This document shows, piece after piece, positions 62,847 to 64,000 of a stretch of DNA of 64,000 bases. The stretch comes from Selaginella moellendorffii (lineage: Eukaryota; Plantae; Lycopodiophyta), in the NCBI RefSeq assembly GCF_000143415.4, contig NW_003314419.1, positions 1 to 64,000 on the forward strand, given 5' to 3'. The number at the start of each line of letters is the position of its first letter. Within the stretch, counting starts at the first letter, position 1. The notes under the pieces were generated by a model. That model saw only the letters and a list, made by a program, of their open reading frames with translations. It did not search any database and was not told the DNA's origin. The position numbers and the translations under genes were made by a program.

Positions 62847-63815
62847 GATTTTTCTTTAGGAAATCATCAGCCACATGATGACATGAGCCGTTGAGTCGTG
62901 ACCAGCATTCATGTACATGTTGAGCATGTCTATGATATGAGCGTCTTCCAGCACCTCTTTTTTGTCATCCGGCTGATCCATGAGCAATGAAAGAATGCTT
63001 GTTTCCTGCGGCTTTCCAGAAGCGTTGGTTGATCACGTCCTGGATAAGCTTGATGAGCTTTTGCCTCGGCCTGAAAATGAGAAAACGTCACAAAGCTATG
63101 TACAACGCATATGGCTTTGTTGTAGGCAGTGCCGAGGAAGTTGATGGGGAGAGCCTGAATGCCTTGGTTGACAATGTAGTAGAAGGAGAAAGTCTCTTCC
63201 ATGTCGAGACTGGAGTCTTTCCCATATAAAATGTAGAGGACAGTTAGAAACGTGAACTGTCATATCAGAAAAAAAAAACCAGTGTCAACAAGAAAACTAA
63301 GACAATTGCTTACTGGTAAGAAGAACGATCTTATCCTGCGTAGACCACCTCACAAGGGACACTTTTATGTTGTTGACGATGAGGGGCACATACTGCTTGA
63401 GAGCTTTGGGATTGTTCACAGCGGGCTTGGAGCTTCAAGTGGCTCTTTCCAGTTAACCCTGCAAACAAATTTCGTCCAATGAGCACAACAGTGCTCTCCG
63501 GCCATCCTGTCTCAAAGCTGTCTTTACAAAATTGCATGCTGCCAGAACAGAAACGCCTTGTAAAACCCACTCGATTATACCTGAAACCAAGAAAAAGCGA
63601 CAGTTAAACAAGCGAAAGAAAGTACAAGATCACTCAACTTTGCAATGTAGTCGGTCTTCCAGACTTGAAACCTCTGAGAAAAGCAGCCACGTTGCCAAAG
63701 ATCCCGGTGGAAGTGGAGGCTGTCCCGGCTTGAGCACCGTCTCATGGTACCACTTTTTGAGAAAACTCGAGAATGTCAGGAAGGCAGTGACTGCCACACT
63801 GCTGTGGATTCCCAG
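62847..63815 (-). pseudogene. Cytochrome P450 CYP88 (ent-kaurenoic acid oxidase-like) N-terminal half, degraded
   Basis: PPLPPG..FGNVAAFLRGFKS; GWPESTVVLIGRN; ALPINFLGTAYNKA; IIDMLNMYMNAGHDSTAHVIMW (CYP88-type I helix); frameshifts and stops. Confidence 0.8.
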
Positions 63816-64000
63816 TGAACAGCCTGGGATTTACTCAGCTGGCTATCTGGACAACTTGGAGGAAATAGAAACCTTAAAATGGTATGGCGTTGGCGCTCAG
63901 ATATGGATTGAGCGGCCAGTCACGTTCATATCAGTGGCTGCAGTGACGATAACTTGAGAGCGCCAGTGCACAAAGCTGCTGCATTGCCAGTGCGCTCCTC

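Overview
Repeat-dense eukaryotic nuclear DNA with four N-gaps. Tiny 47-57 nt introns and ALDH21-like and CYP88/KAO-like fragments suggest a non-seed land plant, probably a Selaginella-type lycophyte (inference). No intact host gene is evident. Contents: (1) 1-9282, a scrambled concatemer of a short Ty3/gypsy element (233-bp LTR) and a partner TRIM (~104-bp LTR). It contains two concerted-integration junctions with 5-bp TSDs where one donor end is gypsy and the other is TRIM, plus an unprocessed LTR-ATAT-LTR junction. (2) AT-rich Helitron-derived repeats with five recognisable 3' termini and captured gene fragments (ALDH, GPI, Tpt1/KptA-like), and a CYP88-like pseudogene at the right end. (3) 19495-31237, an 11.7-kb Sola1-like TIR transposon. 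It encodes a DDD transposase and, divergently, a 9-exon ~1435-aa gene with ParB/Srx-like, degenerate amino-MTase-like and FCP1-type HAD domains. About 25 copies of a 22-bp palindrome are scattered through it, which looks like a ParB/parS-type pairing. (4) 38.5-51.2 kb, nested LTR elements and solo LTRs. (5) A decayed Helitron RepHel gene at 53.5-56.5 kb. All domain calls come from motif recognition by eye, not from database searches.
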